A stretch of DNA of 64,000 nucleotides from positions 1 to 64,000 of the forward strand of contig JBOEGF010000014.1 in the NCBI GenBank assembly GCA_050633305.1, written 5' to 3'. The translations under genes and the position numbers were made by a program. Of the stretch, positions 9,266-18,229 are shown one piece after another. Positions within the stretch are counted from its first letter, which is position 1. Every line of letters starts with the position of its first letter. The notes below the pieces were generated by a model. That model did not search any database and was not told where the DNA came from. It was given only the letters and a program-made list of their open reading frames with translations. The DNA comes from Nannocystales bacterium. Its GTDB lineage: Bacteria; Myxococcota_A; Polyangia; Nannocystales; Nannocystaceae.

Positions 9266-9676
9266 ATGAGCTGCTGTTGTCTCGATCCCGGCTTTCCCAC
9301 GTACACCTTTCGGATCTCGCTGACCAACGCGAGCGGCCAACACACGACTCCGCTCGACGACCTGGGCGATCCGCTGTTGCCCGTCTTCGTCGTGCTGATC
9401 GGCGCCGACGGTCAGGAGGTCGCACCGCAGAGTGCACCGACCGTTGTGCAGGTGCTCGACACCGGCGGAGCGGCGATCCCCGGTCAGTTTGCGATGACGG
9501 TTCCGGGCCCGGATGACGGCGGCGGGAGCCCGCTGTACGCCGACGCTGGCACCTACCAGGTGATCTGGAGCTGGCAGGAGAACGAAGCTGCCGCCGCCAA
9601 CGAAGAGATGGAGTGCTTCGAGGTGTGTAGCCCGGGCGAGTCCTTCGAGGTTGTGACGTGCGGAGGTGGGTGCTGA
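9266..9676 (+). CDS. Cys-rich beta-sandwich adaptor protein
   Basis: 136 aa, starts MSCCC, ends VTCGGGC; GAGG RBS; IPGQF motif shared with paralogs. Confidence 0.7.
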   Translation: MSCCCLDPGFPTYTFRISLTNASGQHTTPLDDLGDPLLPVFVVLIGADGQEVAPQSAPTVVQVLDTGGAAIPGQFAMTVPGPDDGGGSPLYADAGTYQVIWSWQENEAAAANEEMECFEVCSPGESFEVVTCGGGC

Positions 9677-10086
9677 TGCCCTCTCCTGGCCAAACCTGGC
9701 GGGCTCTCTTTGTCCCGCGACTCGACGGAACGCCCGTGGCGCTCGACGCAGGCGCTCGGGCGGAAGTCGTGCATGCCAACAGTGCACCGACGACCTTCGC
9801 GGTGCTCGACAACAGCGACGCGGCCGGAGGCCTCGACGGAAACGTGACGCTCGAGGCTGCGGCCGCACCCAACCACGAGATGATGGTGGGTTGGGATGTG
9901 CCTGCCTCGCTCGCGGTCGGAGACCTGTTGGTGTTCCGGCTTTCCGGGACCTACCAGAGCGGCGGCGCGGCGGTGCCGTTCTCGGCGACGGTCTGCACCG
10001 CACTGGGGCAGGACGCGGAGGTCCTCATCGAGCTCCGGAACATCATCCCGTCGCCCTGCTGTGGCGACGGTGGAGGTGGCGCGTGA
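9676..10086 (+). CDS. Beta-sandwich adaptor protein
   Basis: TGATG overlap; SLAVGDLLVFR...TVC motif; ends PCCGDGGGGA. Confidence 0.7.
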   Translation: MPSPGQTWRALFVPRLDGTPVALDAGARAEVVHANSAPTTFAVLDNSDAAGGLDGNVTLEAAAAPNHEMMVGWDVPASLAVGDLLVFRLSGTYQSGGAAVPFSATVCTALGQDAEVLIELRNIIPSPCCGDGGGGA

Positions 10087-10898
10087 GCGGGTCGTGGTGG
10101 TCCAGCCCCTGGGCACTCGGAGGCATCGTCGCCGCCGCCGGAGCGGGCATTGGAGCCGTCGCAGGCGTCCTCAGCGGACGCAAGAAGTTCAACTCGGAGG
10201 ACTTCGGCGGTTTCGACGACCGCGAGGACGGCGACGCGGATCTCGACCCGAGCATCAAGCGTGGTCGGGAGCTGATCCCCGGACTCATTGCCCAAGCGGG
10301 TCTCCCCGAGGATGTTGGGACGTTCCTCAACTTCGTGGCTCGAGGGGAGTCGGGGTGGGTACCCACGGTCGGCCGAGGTGACCCGTCTCTGGCTCCTGAG
10401 GGCGTCAAGATCAACCTCGACATGAGCGAGTCCCGAGCGGCAGCGACGGCCTACCGGCGCCGAGCAGACATCTTCGAGGCCTGTCCGCACCCTCCAGAGG
10501 ACTATCAGTTTGGGAGTGGGGGCTTGTTTGCGGCGCTCCCGACCTACTGGCTCTACCACGTGCGGAACACGCCGCTGCGGTGCGCGTCGCCCTTCGAAGT
10601 GTTCGACCCGGCTTTCGCGATCGCTGGGGCCTACTCCTTCGCGCGAGGCGTGTCCCAGCACCCCGCATTCGAGGGCAACGTTCGTTCGCTCCGGGCGGGC
10701 TGGGGCTCCCTCAACCGCATGGTGAAGCGGAGCTACGACCAAAAGCTTCCGAAGTGGCGAAAGCACGCCAATGACCTCGGGCTGCCCGCGTCCTACATCG
10801 ACGGCCCGGCGCCCCAGTTCCCGAAGCTCGACCTCCTCGAGCTGTATCACTCGATGGGAGGCGAGCTCGCGCTCCCCGGATCGGCGGCGGTGGCCTGA
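10083..10898 (+). CDS. Membrane-anchored lytic transglycosylase (SLT/lysozyme-like)
   Basis: VARGESGW (catalytic Glu-Ser), GSGGLFA (GLMQ-like), FDPAFAIAGAYSF; N-terminal TM. Confidence 0.65.
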   Translation: MSGSWWSSPWALGGIVAAAGAGIGAVAGVLSGRKKFNSEDFGGFDDREDGDADLDPSIKRGRELIPGLIAQAGLPEDVGTFLNFVARGESGWVPTVGRGDPSLAPEGVKINLDMSESRAAATAYRRRADIFEACPHPPEDYQFGSGGLFAALPTYWLYHVRNTPLRCASPFEVFDPAFAIAGAYSFARGVSQHPAFEGNVRSLRAGWGSLNRMVKRSYDQKLPKWRKHANDLGLPASYIDGPAPQFPKLDLLELYHSMGGELALPGSAAVA

Positions 10899-11227
10899 TG
10901 CTCTCGTCGACCGCCAACCAATCCATGCGGGTCGAGAACAAGGACGGCGACCTGTTCGCCGACTTTGCGAACGCGCCCTCGGTTCTTCGAGTCCTCGTGA
11001 ACGACGAGGACACTGCGATCGTCGCGACGATCCACCGAATCGTCGACGCGGGAAACGTCGCGATCGCTGGGCTGTACGTTTTCCGATTCGACGGCTCGAC
11101 GCTGAGCTTCGATGACCGCGTGACGATCCAGTACCGGCACACCGACGCGCTCGGCAACATCCAGGACCGCGAAGTTGAAGACACGGTCTGCGCCCGCGCG
11201 GACATCGGCCGCGTCGTCGGCGTCTGA
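10898..11227 (+). CDS. Stand-alone beta-sandwich adaptor protein
   Basis: 109 aa; IAGLYVFRFDGSTLSFDDRVTIQYR closely matches the N-terminus of 15231..16634. Confidence 0.75.
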   Translation: MLSSTANQSMRVENKDGDLFADFANAPSVLRVLVNDEDTAIVATIHRIVDAGNVAIAGLYVFRFDGSTLSFDDRVTIQYRHTDALGNIQDREVEDTVCARADIGRVVGV

Positions 11228-11254
11228 CCTCCTCACCCCTCTCAGGACGACACC

Positions 11255-12400
11255 ATGGCTCGACCCAACTCCGACTACCCTACCGAACGCCCCGGCTCGA
11301 CCTGCGGCGCCTCCTGGCCCGACCCCATGCGCGTCTCGGGGCGACTGAGCGCCACGAACAGCTTCGGCACGCAGATCTACGTCGACCTCCCCGAGGTCGC
11401 GGACGCGACTTCGTTACGACGAACCCCGGGCCTGCTGTCGTGGAACGGCCCGCGGGAGAAGGCCGTGGTCGAGGCATTCGAGGCCCGGATCCGGGAAACG
11501 CTCGACGAGCTGGTCAAGTTCAAGGATGAGTTGGGCGAAGAGAACCGAGAGGCGGTTGAAGGCCTGCTCTCGATGGCGGTCGACAACCTGCGGCACGTCG
11601 AGGCGATTCATGAGCGGTGGGAGAACGTCGCCCGTTGGCCGCTGTCGAAGACGTACTACAACGATGAGCACTGCACCCGGGAAGTGGACATGGGGACGGT
11701 GTTCGGCGCCGGCTTCGACCGATGCCCGACCTACGGCCAGCACCTCGAGCGCGACGCCGATCGGGACAGGATCGTCAAACTGTTCATCGACAGCGCCCAC
11801 GCGATCCGGTGCGCCGAGTTCGGACTGTGGCGCGTGGTCCTGTACCGACGCGCGCTGAGAGAGTGGCGGGAAACCCCGCAGGGTGGCGCGCCCAAGGGGC
11901 TTGCGACCCCTCCGAAGCCGAAGCGGCCGCTTCTCGGCGGGTCGATGACCCTCGGCACGCCCCCACCGGCGCCTCCACCCCCACCGACGCCGCCAGAGCC
12001 ACCGAACCCGGTCTTGCCCGAGTTCCCACCCGACCTGGGCGGGGACGCGTTGCCGCCACCCCCACCGCCCGAGCCTCCTCCCGAGCCACCGCCAAGCCTC
12101 GGGGAGCCTATCAGACCCCCTGCGCCCGATGTCGATCCTGTCGGCGGAGCAGTGGACCTCGGGCCGTTCGCTCCGGAGACGGAAGAGGAGCGGGAGCGTC
12201 GGCGTGAAGAAGCTCGAGCCGACCGCGACGCCAGCTTCCGAGAGGCCGAAGAGGTCGCGGAAGAGTTCACGGACACAGCGAAGTTCGGTGTTGGCGCCAT
12301 CGTGGTGGGCAGCGTTCTGACGACAGCCGTTGTTGGGGCCAGCGTCGTCGGCGTTGCCTACATGATCTGGGGCAAGAAGAAGGACAGCAAGAAGAAGTGA
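11255..12400 (+). CDS. Pro-rich protein with C-terminal membrane anchor and Lys tail
   Basis: 381 aa; helical N-domain, poly-Pro stalk, TM followed by KKKDSKKK; AGGA RBS. Confidence 0.8.
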   Translation: MARPNSDYPTERPGSTCGASWPDPMRVSGRLSATNSFGTQIYVDLPEVADATSLRRTPGLLSWNGPREKAVVEAFEARIRETLDELVKFKDELGEENREAVEGLLSMAVDNLRHVEAIHERWENVARWPLSKTYYNDEHCTREVDMGTVFGAGFDRCPTYGQHLERDADRDRIVKLFIDSAHAIRCAEFGLWRVVLYRRALREWRETPQGGAPKGLATPPKPKRPLLGGSMTLGTPPPAPPPPPTPPEPPNPVLPEFPPDLGGDALPPPPPPEPPPEPPPSLGEPIRPPAPDVDPVGGAVDLGPFAPETEEERERRREEARADRDASFREAEEVAEEFTDTAKFGVGAIVVGSVLTTAVVGASVVGVAYMIWGKKKDSKKK

Positions 12401-12933
12401 GCGCCCGTCCACACTCGTTGGGCGTTCGCATCGGTGCGGTGCTGCTCGGGCTGCTCTATGCGGCCGTGGTTGGGTTCGCGGTCTGGGTCATGGTCCGCGG
12501 GGCGCTCGATCGCGAGGAGGCGGAGCGTTCAGTCTCGGCACCCGTAGCAGAAGACCGGGAACGTTCCGAGCGCGGCCTGGCAGTCGTAGTTGTAGCCAAC
12601 GATGACCCCTTTGGCGGCGGAATGGGTGCTGTAGCCTACGCCGTTTGGCCAGTCGTGCTTCTCCTGCAGGTTCTCGCGTTGAACGATACTCGAACCGCAC
12701 TCTGTGAAGGACGCCACGGTCGAAAGGGAGCACGCAAACTCGACGCGCTCCGTCTCGTCTTGCGGGTCGATGTCGCAAAGGTAGGCGCACTCGTCGACGA
12801 TCATCTCGCAGACCTCAACGCCTGGCTGCGCCGAGAACTCAGGGCTCTCGTCGCAGGCGGCGAGCAGAAGGGCGGCAGCTGTGGCGAGGGTCCAGTGCTT
12901 CATGGCCCGGGAAGGCTAGCACTGTGCGCATAG
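12397..12933 (+). CDS. Possible membrane protein; only the first ~45 codons look genuine, the rest is antisense to a lipoprotein gene
   Basis: GTGA coupling and TM IGAVLLGLLYAAVVGFAVWVMV. Confidence 0.35.
   Translation: MSARPHSLGVRIGAVLLGLLYAAVVGFAVWVMVRGALDREEAERSVSAPVAEDRERSERGLAVVVVANDDPFGGGMGAVAYAVWPVVLLLQVLALNDTRTALCEGRHGRKGARKLDALRLVLRVDVAKVGALVDDHLADLNAWLRRELRALVAGGEQKGGSCGEGPVLHGPGRLALCA
12529..12903 (-). CDS. Cys-rich lipoprotein (moron-like, opposite strand)
   Basis: MKHWTLATAAALLLAAC lipobox; TAGCCT -10-like hexamer at 12913-12918. Confidence 0.75.
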   Translation of the reverse strand: MKHWTLATAAALLLAACDESPEFSAQPGVEVCEMIVDECAYLCDIDPQDETERVEFACSLSTVASFTECGSSIVQRENLQEKHDWPNGVGYSTHSAAKGVIVGYNYDCQAALGTFPVFCYGCRD

Positions 12934-14633
12934 GTGAATCATCCCTGAGCCAGGCAGCAAAGAACATTGTTCTGGATGCCAACCAGTTCGAGTCGGGGTT
13001 GCTCGACGAGAAATCTCTGCAGAATCTTGCCCTGGACCCAACGAGTATTAAATCCAGGGACGTACTGGGCACAAAGGACAATCCGCTCGTCGCCGGCACG
13101 CTTCAGCGAAACGCCGTCGCGCTGGCTCAGTCGACGCATGCACTCGCCGCGGACCTGCAGCTCACGGGTTTCGACAGCCTGGGTCAAGGTGCGCTGGAAT
13201 CGATCCTCAAGATCGTAGGTCAGGAGACGTTTCTGAACGACTCGGACGTTCGGGCGCTCGCAATCGAAGGTGTCGAGAGCATCATCGACTTTGTTGTGGA
13301 CGGCCCGCTTTCGGCGATCCCGTTCGTGGGCGCGGCTGCGCGGGTGGTCTGGAGCACGGTCCAGCTGGTCTTCGAGTCGACGAAGCTCGAGCCAGGGAGT
13401 CTCCCGCCGATGTTCCGGATGAGTCCCGCCGCGGACGACCGCGACACGAACATCGCGATCAACCGTCTCAAGGGCCAAAGCGGGGACGACTGGACCCCGA
13501 TCTTCCTGCCTCGAACCCGGGGCCGCTGGGGGATGGTGGTGGAGAGCGGGCCCGAGGGCAGGGCGAGCGGCTCCGCAAAGTTCGCACGTGACCCGGCGCC
13601 GTACTACGACAAGCACATCCCGCGGCTGGGGTGCGCGCCTGGCGACCTGTTCTACGTCGACGGTGGAGTCCAGGCGAGGGTCACGACGGGGGATGTCACG
13701 ATCCCGAGCAAGTCGAGGGAGCCCCAGTACCAGACCATCATGGGGACCGGGAACAACCCGCGTGCTCTTCACTCGCTCGTCTTCGGGCTGAGCAGTTGGT
13801 ACCCGAGTCTGAGTTCGCTTGGCCGCTCGGTCTGGTCGCTCATCGGGGTCCGGGAGAGCACCGCGATGTTCCAAGTCGACGCCGACCAGATTGCGGACGA
13901 GTGGGCGCAGTTCGCCGGCGCGACCGGCATCTTCCGTGCGCACATCGACGAGCATCTGACGCGCAGGATCCCGAAGGGCAGCAAGGACTTCAAACGCCCG
14001 CTCATCGCGAACTACCTGGCCAACGTTGGGGCGGCCATGCACACCCTCCGCACCCGCGACGAGAAGGGAAAGCTCCGCGAGCTCAACCAGGACCAACTGC
14101 TCGCCGCAGCCCTCGACCCTGGCAAGCGCGCCGGTGCGGACTCTGTTGGACGCCGCGCCGTCGTACACGCCAACAACCTGCTGAAGCGGCAGCGGCAGAC
14201 GATCCAGACTCCGCTCAACGCTCTCGTGAGCGCCAACGCTCCCGCGTTCCGCACGAACCCCGCGCTCCGAGAGTTCCTCCTGGCCGAGCGGACCAAGATG
14301 CTCAACGCCGGCCGGTTCGACGACCTGGTGCTTGAGGAAGTGCCAGACCCCCACCTCCGGAAGCGGATCTCGACCCGTGGCAGGCCGCCGGGCGGCAGCA
14401 TGTCGACCAACTTCGTCGACCCGGCGTCGGCCGAGCGCCAGCGCAAACACGCGGCCGAGCTGAGCGAGGTGCTGAAGAAGGTTGACAAGCCTGTGGGCTT
14501 CGGTGGCTACGGAGCCGAACACGACCCTGAAGACGAGAGCGGTGGAGGCTTCGGCCTCGCGATCGCTGGGCTCGTCGCGACCGCCGGTCTTGCTGCCGGT
14601 GGTGTTGCCTTGGCGCGTCGCCGCCGCCGTTGA
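12924..14633 (+). CDS. Large hypothetical protein with C-terminal TM and poly-Arg tail (candidate virion entry protein)
   Basis: 569 aa; ends GFGLAIAGLVATAGLAAGGVALARRRRR; amphipathic segment LSAIPFVGAAARVVW. Confidence 0.75.
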   Translation: MRIGESSLSQAAKNIVLDANQFESGLLDEKSLQNLALDPTSIKSRDVLGTKDNPLVAGTLQRNAVALAQSTHALAADLQLTGFDSLGQGALESILKIVGQETFLNDSDVRALAIEGVESIIDFVVDGPLSAIPFVGAAARVVWSTVQLVFESTKLEPGSLPPMFRMSPAADDRDTNIAINRLKGQSGDDWTPIFLPRTRGRWGMVVESGPEGRASGSAKFARDPAPYYDKHIPRLGCAPGDLFYVDGGVQARVTTGDVTIPSKSREPQYQTIMGTGNNPRALHSLVFGLSSWYPSLSSLGRSVWSLIGVRESTAMFQVDADQIADEWAQFAGATGIFRAHIDEHLTRRIPKGSKDFKRPLIANYLANVGAAMHTLRTRDEKGKLRELNQDQLLAAALDPGKRAGADSVGRRAVVHANNLLKRQRQTIQTPLNALVSANAPAFRTNPALREFLLAERTKMLNAGRFDDLVLEEVPDPHLRKRISTRGRPPGGSMSTNFVDPASAERQRKHAAELSEVLKKVDKPVGFGGYGAEHDPEDESGGGFGLAIAGLVATAGLAAGGVALARRRRR

Positions 14634-14661
14634 ACCCCGAACCCGAAAGGAACCGCACCCC

Positions 14662-15234
14662 ATGCCCCTCTCCACCCCAGCCAAAGTCACGATCGGCGTC
14701 CTCGCAGGCGTCGCCACAATCACCGGAGTCGTTGCCGTTGCTCGAGCGCGAGACAAGGACGACGAGGACACGAGCAAATCCAAGGGTGCTAAGCCCGAGG
14801 GCGGCGGCATGCGACGCGACGACGGGACTCGTCCGGCGAACTCGGAGCGCCCGGTCGTGGAGCTCGACATGGATGCCCTTGTTCAGGTCACGGAGTCCGA
14901 GATGGGCTTCCCGGTGTCGGTTGGCGACAGGAACGAGATCCCGTTCCCGAAGGACACAATCGCGGAGTTCGCCGCGGGCCGCCGAATCGAAACCGTGGTG
15001 CTGGGCAAGGTGGTCGCGGGCGAGTTCACTCAAAGTAAGACCTGGAGTTTGGTGACCCCGTCGTTTGAGGTCTCCCACAACGACGCGACGGCGGCGTTCG
15101 ACGCCGCCGCGGTCCGCCTCTCGTTCACCGCCGACCGTGCGGGGATCTACTTCCTCGGCCTCAAGGACCAGGACGGGGCCGAGATCGCTGACGGGTTCCT
15201 CTTCTCGGCAACGTCCAAGGCAGTCGCGGCATGA
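14662..15234 (+). CDS. N-terminally membrane-anchored beta-rich protein
   Basis: AAAGGA RBS; TM VTIGVLAGVATITGVVAVA. Confidence 0.75.
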   Translation: MPLSTPAKVTIGVLAGVATITGVVAVARARDKDDEDTSKSKGAKPEGGGMRRDDGTRPANSERPVVELDMDALVQVTESEMGFPVSVGDRNEIPFPKDTIAEFAAGRRIETVVLGKVVAGEFTQSKTWSLVTPSFEVSHNDATAAFDAAAVRLSFTADRAGIYFLGLKDQDGAEIADGFLFSATSKAVAA

Positions 15235-16634
15235 CATCGCTGAGCCGCACCCCGAACCAGCTCTTGCGCGTCGCCACGCGCCTCGCACGTGTATTCGCCG
15301 AGGGCGACATCGCGCCGACGGCGACGGCCGTGCTGGTCAACGGACAAGCGCGGGGCATTCCCGTGACGCGGCTGCGGCTCGACGACGGCAACCTCTTTCC
15401 ATCGACCGAGATCCCAGGTCAGTACGGATTCCTCTTTGACGGTAGCTCTCTGGCCCTCGGGGACCGCGTCGATATTCTGTACCGCACCCGGTCGAACGGT
15501 CGCATCCTCGACGGCTGCGTGAGCGGCCGCGTGTGCTCCCGCGGCGACATGGGCGTCGACTTCCGGGTTCCGCCCACGCTGCCCGGCGGCGGGGATGAGG
15601 GGCCGTTCCCATCGGCGCTCGCCGACTTCTCTGCGTCGATAGTCTTCGGCGGCAACAGTCAGACCTTCAACTACCCATGGGATGCGAACCCGGTTCAAGG
15701 TGGCCTACCGTCGATGATCGCGTACATCCTCGAGCAGCACCTGGGCGGCGCTGCAGCTCCAACTCTCGGGCCCCCACCGCCCACAAGCATCTCTGATGCC
15801 GAGGGGTATTACCCGGGCCAGTCGCTCTCACAGATGGCGTTTGGTGGCGCCCCAGACGACATGATCGATGCCATCGCCGGAGGGCCCGCCGGGACATACG
15901 ACCACGCCGTCTTCACCTCCGGGTTCCGCCAAGACGGTGGATTCCCGGAGGAGCTTCCGCCCTACAACGTGCTCCTCGGCAACCACCGGCAGGCGCTGCT
16001 GGAGCTCGCGGTCGGAGGCATCGACTCGGCATACATCCGGATGTCGTCGGAGGGGTTCCAGATCGATAACGAGTCCGACAACACCGACTTTGCCTTCTTT
16101 GTTGAGCGCCTGATCCGTGGTGCGCGGCAACTCGAAGGTGAGGGGATCGGAAACCTGACGGCCGTCGTGCCAGACCTCTATGTCTGGTACCTGCTTCAGA
16201 TCGCGGATCCCGTCCCGGGCTTCTCGTCGCTGACGCACCCCGCGAGCCTCCACCCCGGCAACCGTCGGTATGGGTGGCTTCAGCGGACCCAGGCCAGCGG
16301 CGCGACATTCGTTCTGAACGCGCACCAGAACTATCTCGGGACGATCGTCAATGCGTACACGTGGTGCTACGCGCTGTGGGGCGTTGATCCGACGGGTGGG
16401 CCGGACCTCTTCGCCGCCCCATTTGGAACCAGGCCTAATGACCGCTGGATCTCCGCCGCGGGCGACCAGATCTACCTCGGAGACAGCAACGGCACCGGCT
16501 TCCTTGGCGGGGCGACGCCTCCCGACACTCCGAGCATCGCTCCGTGGAACGCGACGATCCGCGCGGACATCCGCGTGCGGATCCGGAACGCGGTTGACCA
16601 GTACTACTCGGGGGCGACGGTCTTCGGGATCTGA
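15231..16634 (+). CDS. Adaptor domain plus SGNH/GDSL-like hydrolase (DUF4886-like)
   Basis: IVFGGNSQTF (block I), PGQSL, YDHAVF, NAHQNYLGT...YALWGVDP (block V-like). Confidence 0.6.
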   Translation: MTSLSRTPNQLLRVATRLARVFAEGDIAPTATAVLVNGQARGIPVTRLRLDDGNLFPSTEIPGQYGFLFDGSSLALGDRVDILYRTRSNGRILDGCVSGRVCSRGDMGVDFRVPPTLPGGGDEGPFPSALADFSASIVFGGNSQTFNYPWDANPVQGGLPSMIAYILEQHLGGAAAPTLGPPPPTSISDAEGYYPGQSLSQMAFGGAPDDMIDAIAGGPAGTYDHAVFTSGFRQDGGFPEELPPYNVLLGNHRQALLELAVGGIDSAYIRMSSEGFQIDNESDNTDFAFFVERLIRGARQLEGEGIGNLTAVVPDLYVWYLLQIADPVPGFSSLTHPASLHPGNRRYGWLQRTQASGATFVLNAHQNYLGTIVNAYTWCYALWGVDPTGGPDLFAAPFGTRPNDRWISAAGDQIYLGDSNGTGFLGGATPPDTPSIAPWNATIRADIRVRIRNAVDQYYSGATVFGI

Positions 16635-16699
16635 CCCCGCCGCCGCGATCCACCACCGACTTCGATTGCCCCCCCCAACACACAAAAGGACCCCCACTC

Positions 16700-17083
16700 A
16701 TGACGAAGATCCTCCCCCTTCTCCTCACAATCGCGGTCGGCTTCGCCGGATGCGACCAGGCCTCCTGCCAGGCTGCCTCCGCGGCCGCCAAGCCCACGCT
16801 CGACGCTGTGCTCGCGCGGGCCGACGTGCCTCGGCTGCTCGAGTGCGCTTCGCTCCCAACCCCCAAGGACGCCGCGACCTGCCTCGGCGCCGAAGCCCTG
16901 ACCCAGGGCCTGGAGGTCGCACTCGAGCGGGCGACGAAGCTTGCCGAAGACGCTCGCGACGCAGCCAACCCCACCGCCGGCGCCGCTGACATGGACGCCG
17001 GGCAGCGTGAAGTACTCGCGGCCGAACTCGACGCTGCGCTTGACGACTTGGCCCGGGAAGTCGCAGCCGCCAACGCCGCCTGA
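16700..17083 (+). CDS. Helical lipoprotein, paralog A
   Basis: Lipobox FAGC; AAGGA RBS; paralog of 17822..18229. Confidence 0.8.
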   Translation: MTKILPLLLTIAVGFAGCDQASCQAASAAAKPTLDAVLARADVPRLLECASLPTPKDAATCLGAEALTQGLEVALERATKLAEDARDAANPTAGAADMDAGQREVLAAELDAALDDLAREVAAANAA

Positions 17084-17094
17084 GGAGGCCTCCC

Positions 17095-17523
17095 GTGACA
17101 CCCGCTGACGCCGATACCCTCGTAGCAATCGCGAAGCTCGAAGCGCGCTTTGAGTCCTTCGACGAGCGGCTCGACGAAGCTCTCCGGCTCATGCGGTCCA
17201 ACGCCGAGAAGGAAGCTGAGAGGACCGAGCGGTGGATCCGGGCGGAGACGAAGCTCGAGAGCGAGCTTACCCGCACCACGGAGAGCGGCGAGCGTTGCCT
17301 CAAGCTGCTCGAGGCGCTCGAGGATCGAGTTCGCTCGCTCGAGGCTCAGCGGGACAAGGACGCCGGACGTGCAGACGCGGGCGACGGGGCGGCGAAGCCC
17401 TCACCCCTTGTCGCCGCCCACGCTGAGGAGTCCCGGGCCCGCTCGGGGCTCTGGAAAGTACTCGCGACTGTCTTCGGCGCCGTTGGAGGCGCGTTCACAA
17501 CATGGCTCGCAACGAAGAAGTAG
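17095..17523 (+). CDS. Coiled-coil protein with C-terminal TM (holin/XhlA-like or spanin-like candidate)
   Basis: GAGGAGG RBS; heptad-rich body; ends LWKVLATVFGAVGGAFTTWLATKK. Confidence 0.65.
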   Translation: MTPADADTLVAIAKLEARFESFDERLDEALRLMRSNAEKEAERTERWIRAETKLESELTRTTESGERCLKLLEALEDRVRSLEAQRDKDAGRADAGDGAAKPSPLVAAHAEESRARSGLWKVLATVFGAVGGAFTTWLATKK

Positions 17524-17825
17524 CCGCGGTCGACGAGAGGCAGGCCGCGGTCATCGACCAGCTCGTGCAGCAGCACGAGCCGCTACGGAAGGCCGAGATG
17601 GTCTACGTCCCCCCGTTGCGGGCGTTGGCAGCCGTACTCCGCGACGAAGGCCGCGACGCGTTCGCGCACCGGGTCGATGAACTCGCGGTGCGGATCTCGA
17701 AGACCTCCAGAGACACCCGACTGCTCATCGAGCAGCTCGACACATTCACCGACCCGCGGCTCGAGCAAACCGACCCGCGGATCCCTGCCCCCACGCACGA
17801 ACCCCCGAAAGACCCGACATCATGA
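17502..17825 (+). CDS. Hypothetical helical protein
   Basis: 107 aa, fills the operon gap, ATGA overlap with next gene. Confidence 0.6.
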   Translation: MARNEEVAAVDERQAAVIDQLVQQHEPLRKAEMVYVPPLRALAAVLRDEGRDAFAHRVDELAVRISKTSRDTRLLIEQLDTFTDPRLEQTDPRIPAPTHEPPKDPTS

Positions 17826-18229
17826 CCACTGCAAAGTCCTTCATTCTGTCCATCGTCGTTACCGTCGCCGCGACCTTTCCCGCTGGCATGACGCTCTCCG
17901 CCTGCGCGAGCTCGCCCGAGCAGCGCGCCGACCGTCAACAGAGCCTGGCTGCCGTCATCTCGCGGGTCGATGTGCCGCGCTTGCTGGAGTGCGCCCACTA
18001 CGGCCCCACAAAGGAGGCTGCGGCCTGTCTTGGGGCGCGGGCGCTGACCGAAGGGCTCGAGGAGGCGATGCACCAGGCCACCATGCTCGCCGAGAACGCG
18101 CAGGAGGCCTCGAACCCGCAGGCGGGTGCGGCCGACATGAGCGCCGAGCAAGAGGCTGTCCTCGCGGCCGACCTCGACGCGGCGCTTGACCACCTTGCCC
18201 TCGAGATCGCGGCAGCCAACGCGGCATGA
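17822..18229 (+). CDS. Helical lipoprotein, paralog B
   Basis: Signal peptide ending LSAC; DVPRLLECA...AAANAA shared with 16700..17083. Confidence 0.8.
   Translation: MTTAKSFILSIVVTVAATFPAGMTLSACASSPEQRADRQQSLAAVISRVDVPRLLECAHYGPTKEAAACLGARALTEGLEEAMHQATMLAENAQEASNPQAGAADMSAEQEAVLAADLDAALDHLALEIAAANAA

Noticed and set aside
14540..14633. MYXO-CTERM signal on proviral C-anchored proteins
   Set aside because: TM and poly-basic tail are present, but the GC motif seen in 44251..44952 is missing
12939..14870. Long antisense ORFs (e.g. 12939..14870-, 1928..3358-, 4926..6794-, 59141..60847+)
   Set aside because: These are shadow ORFs expected at this GC content; the opposite frame has motifs, coupling and normal composition
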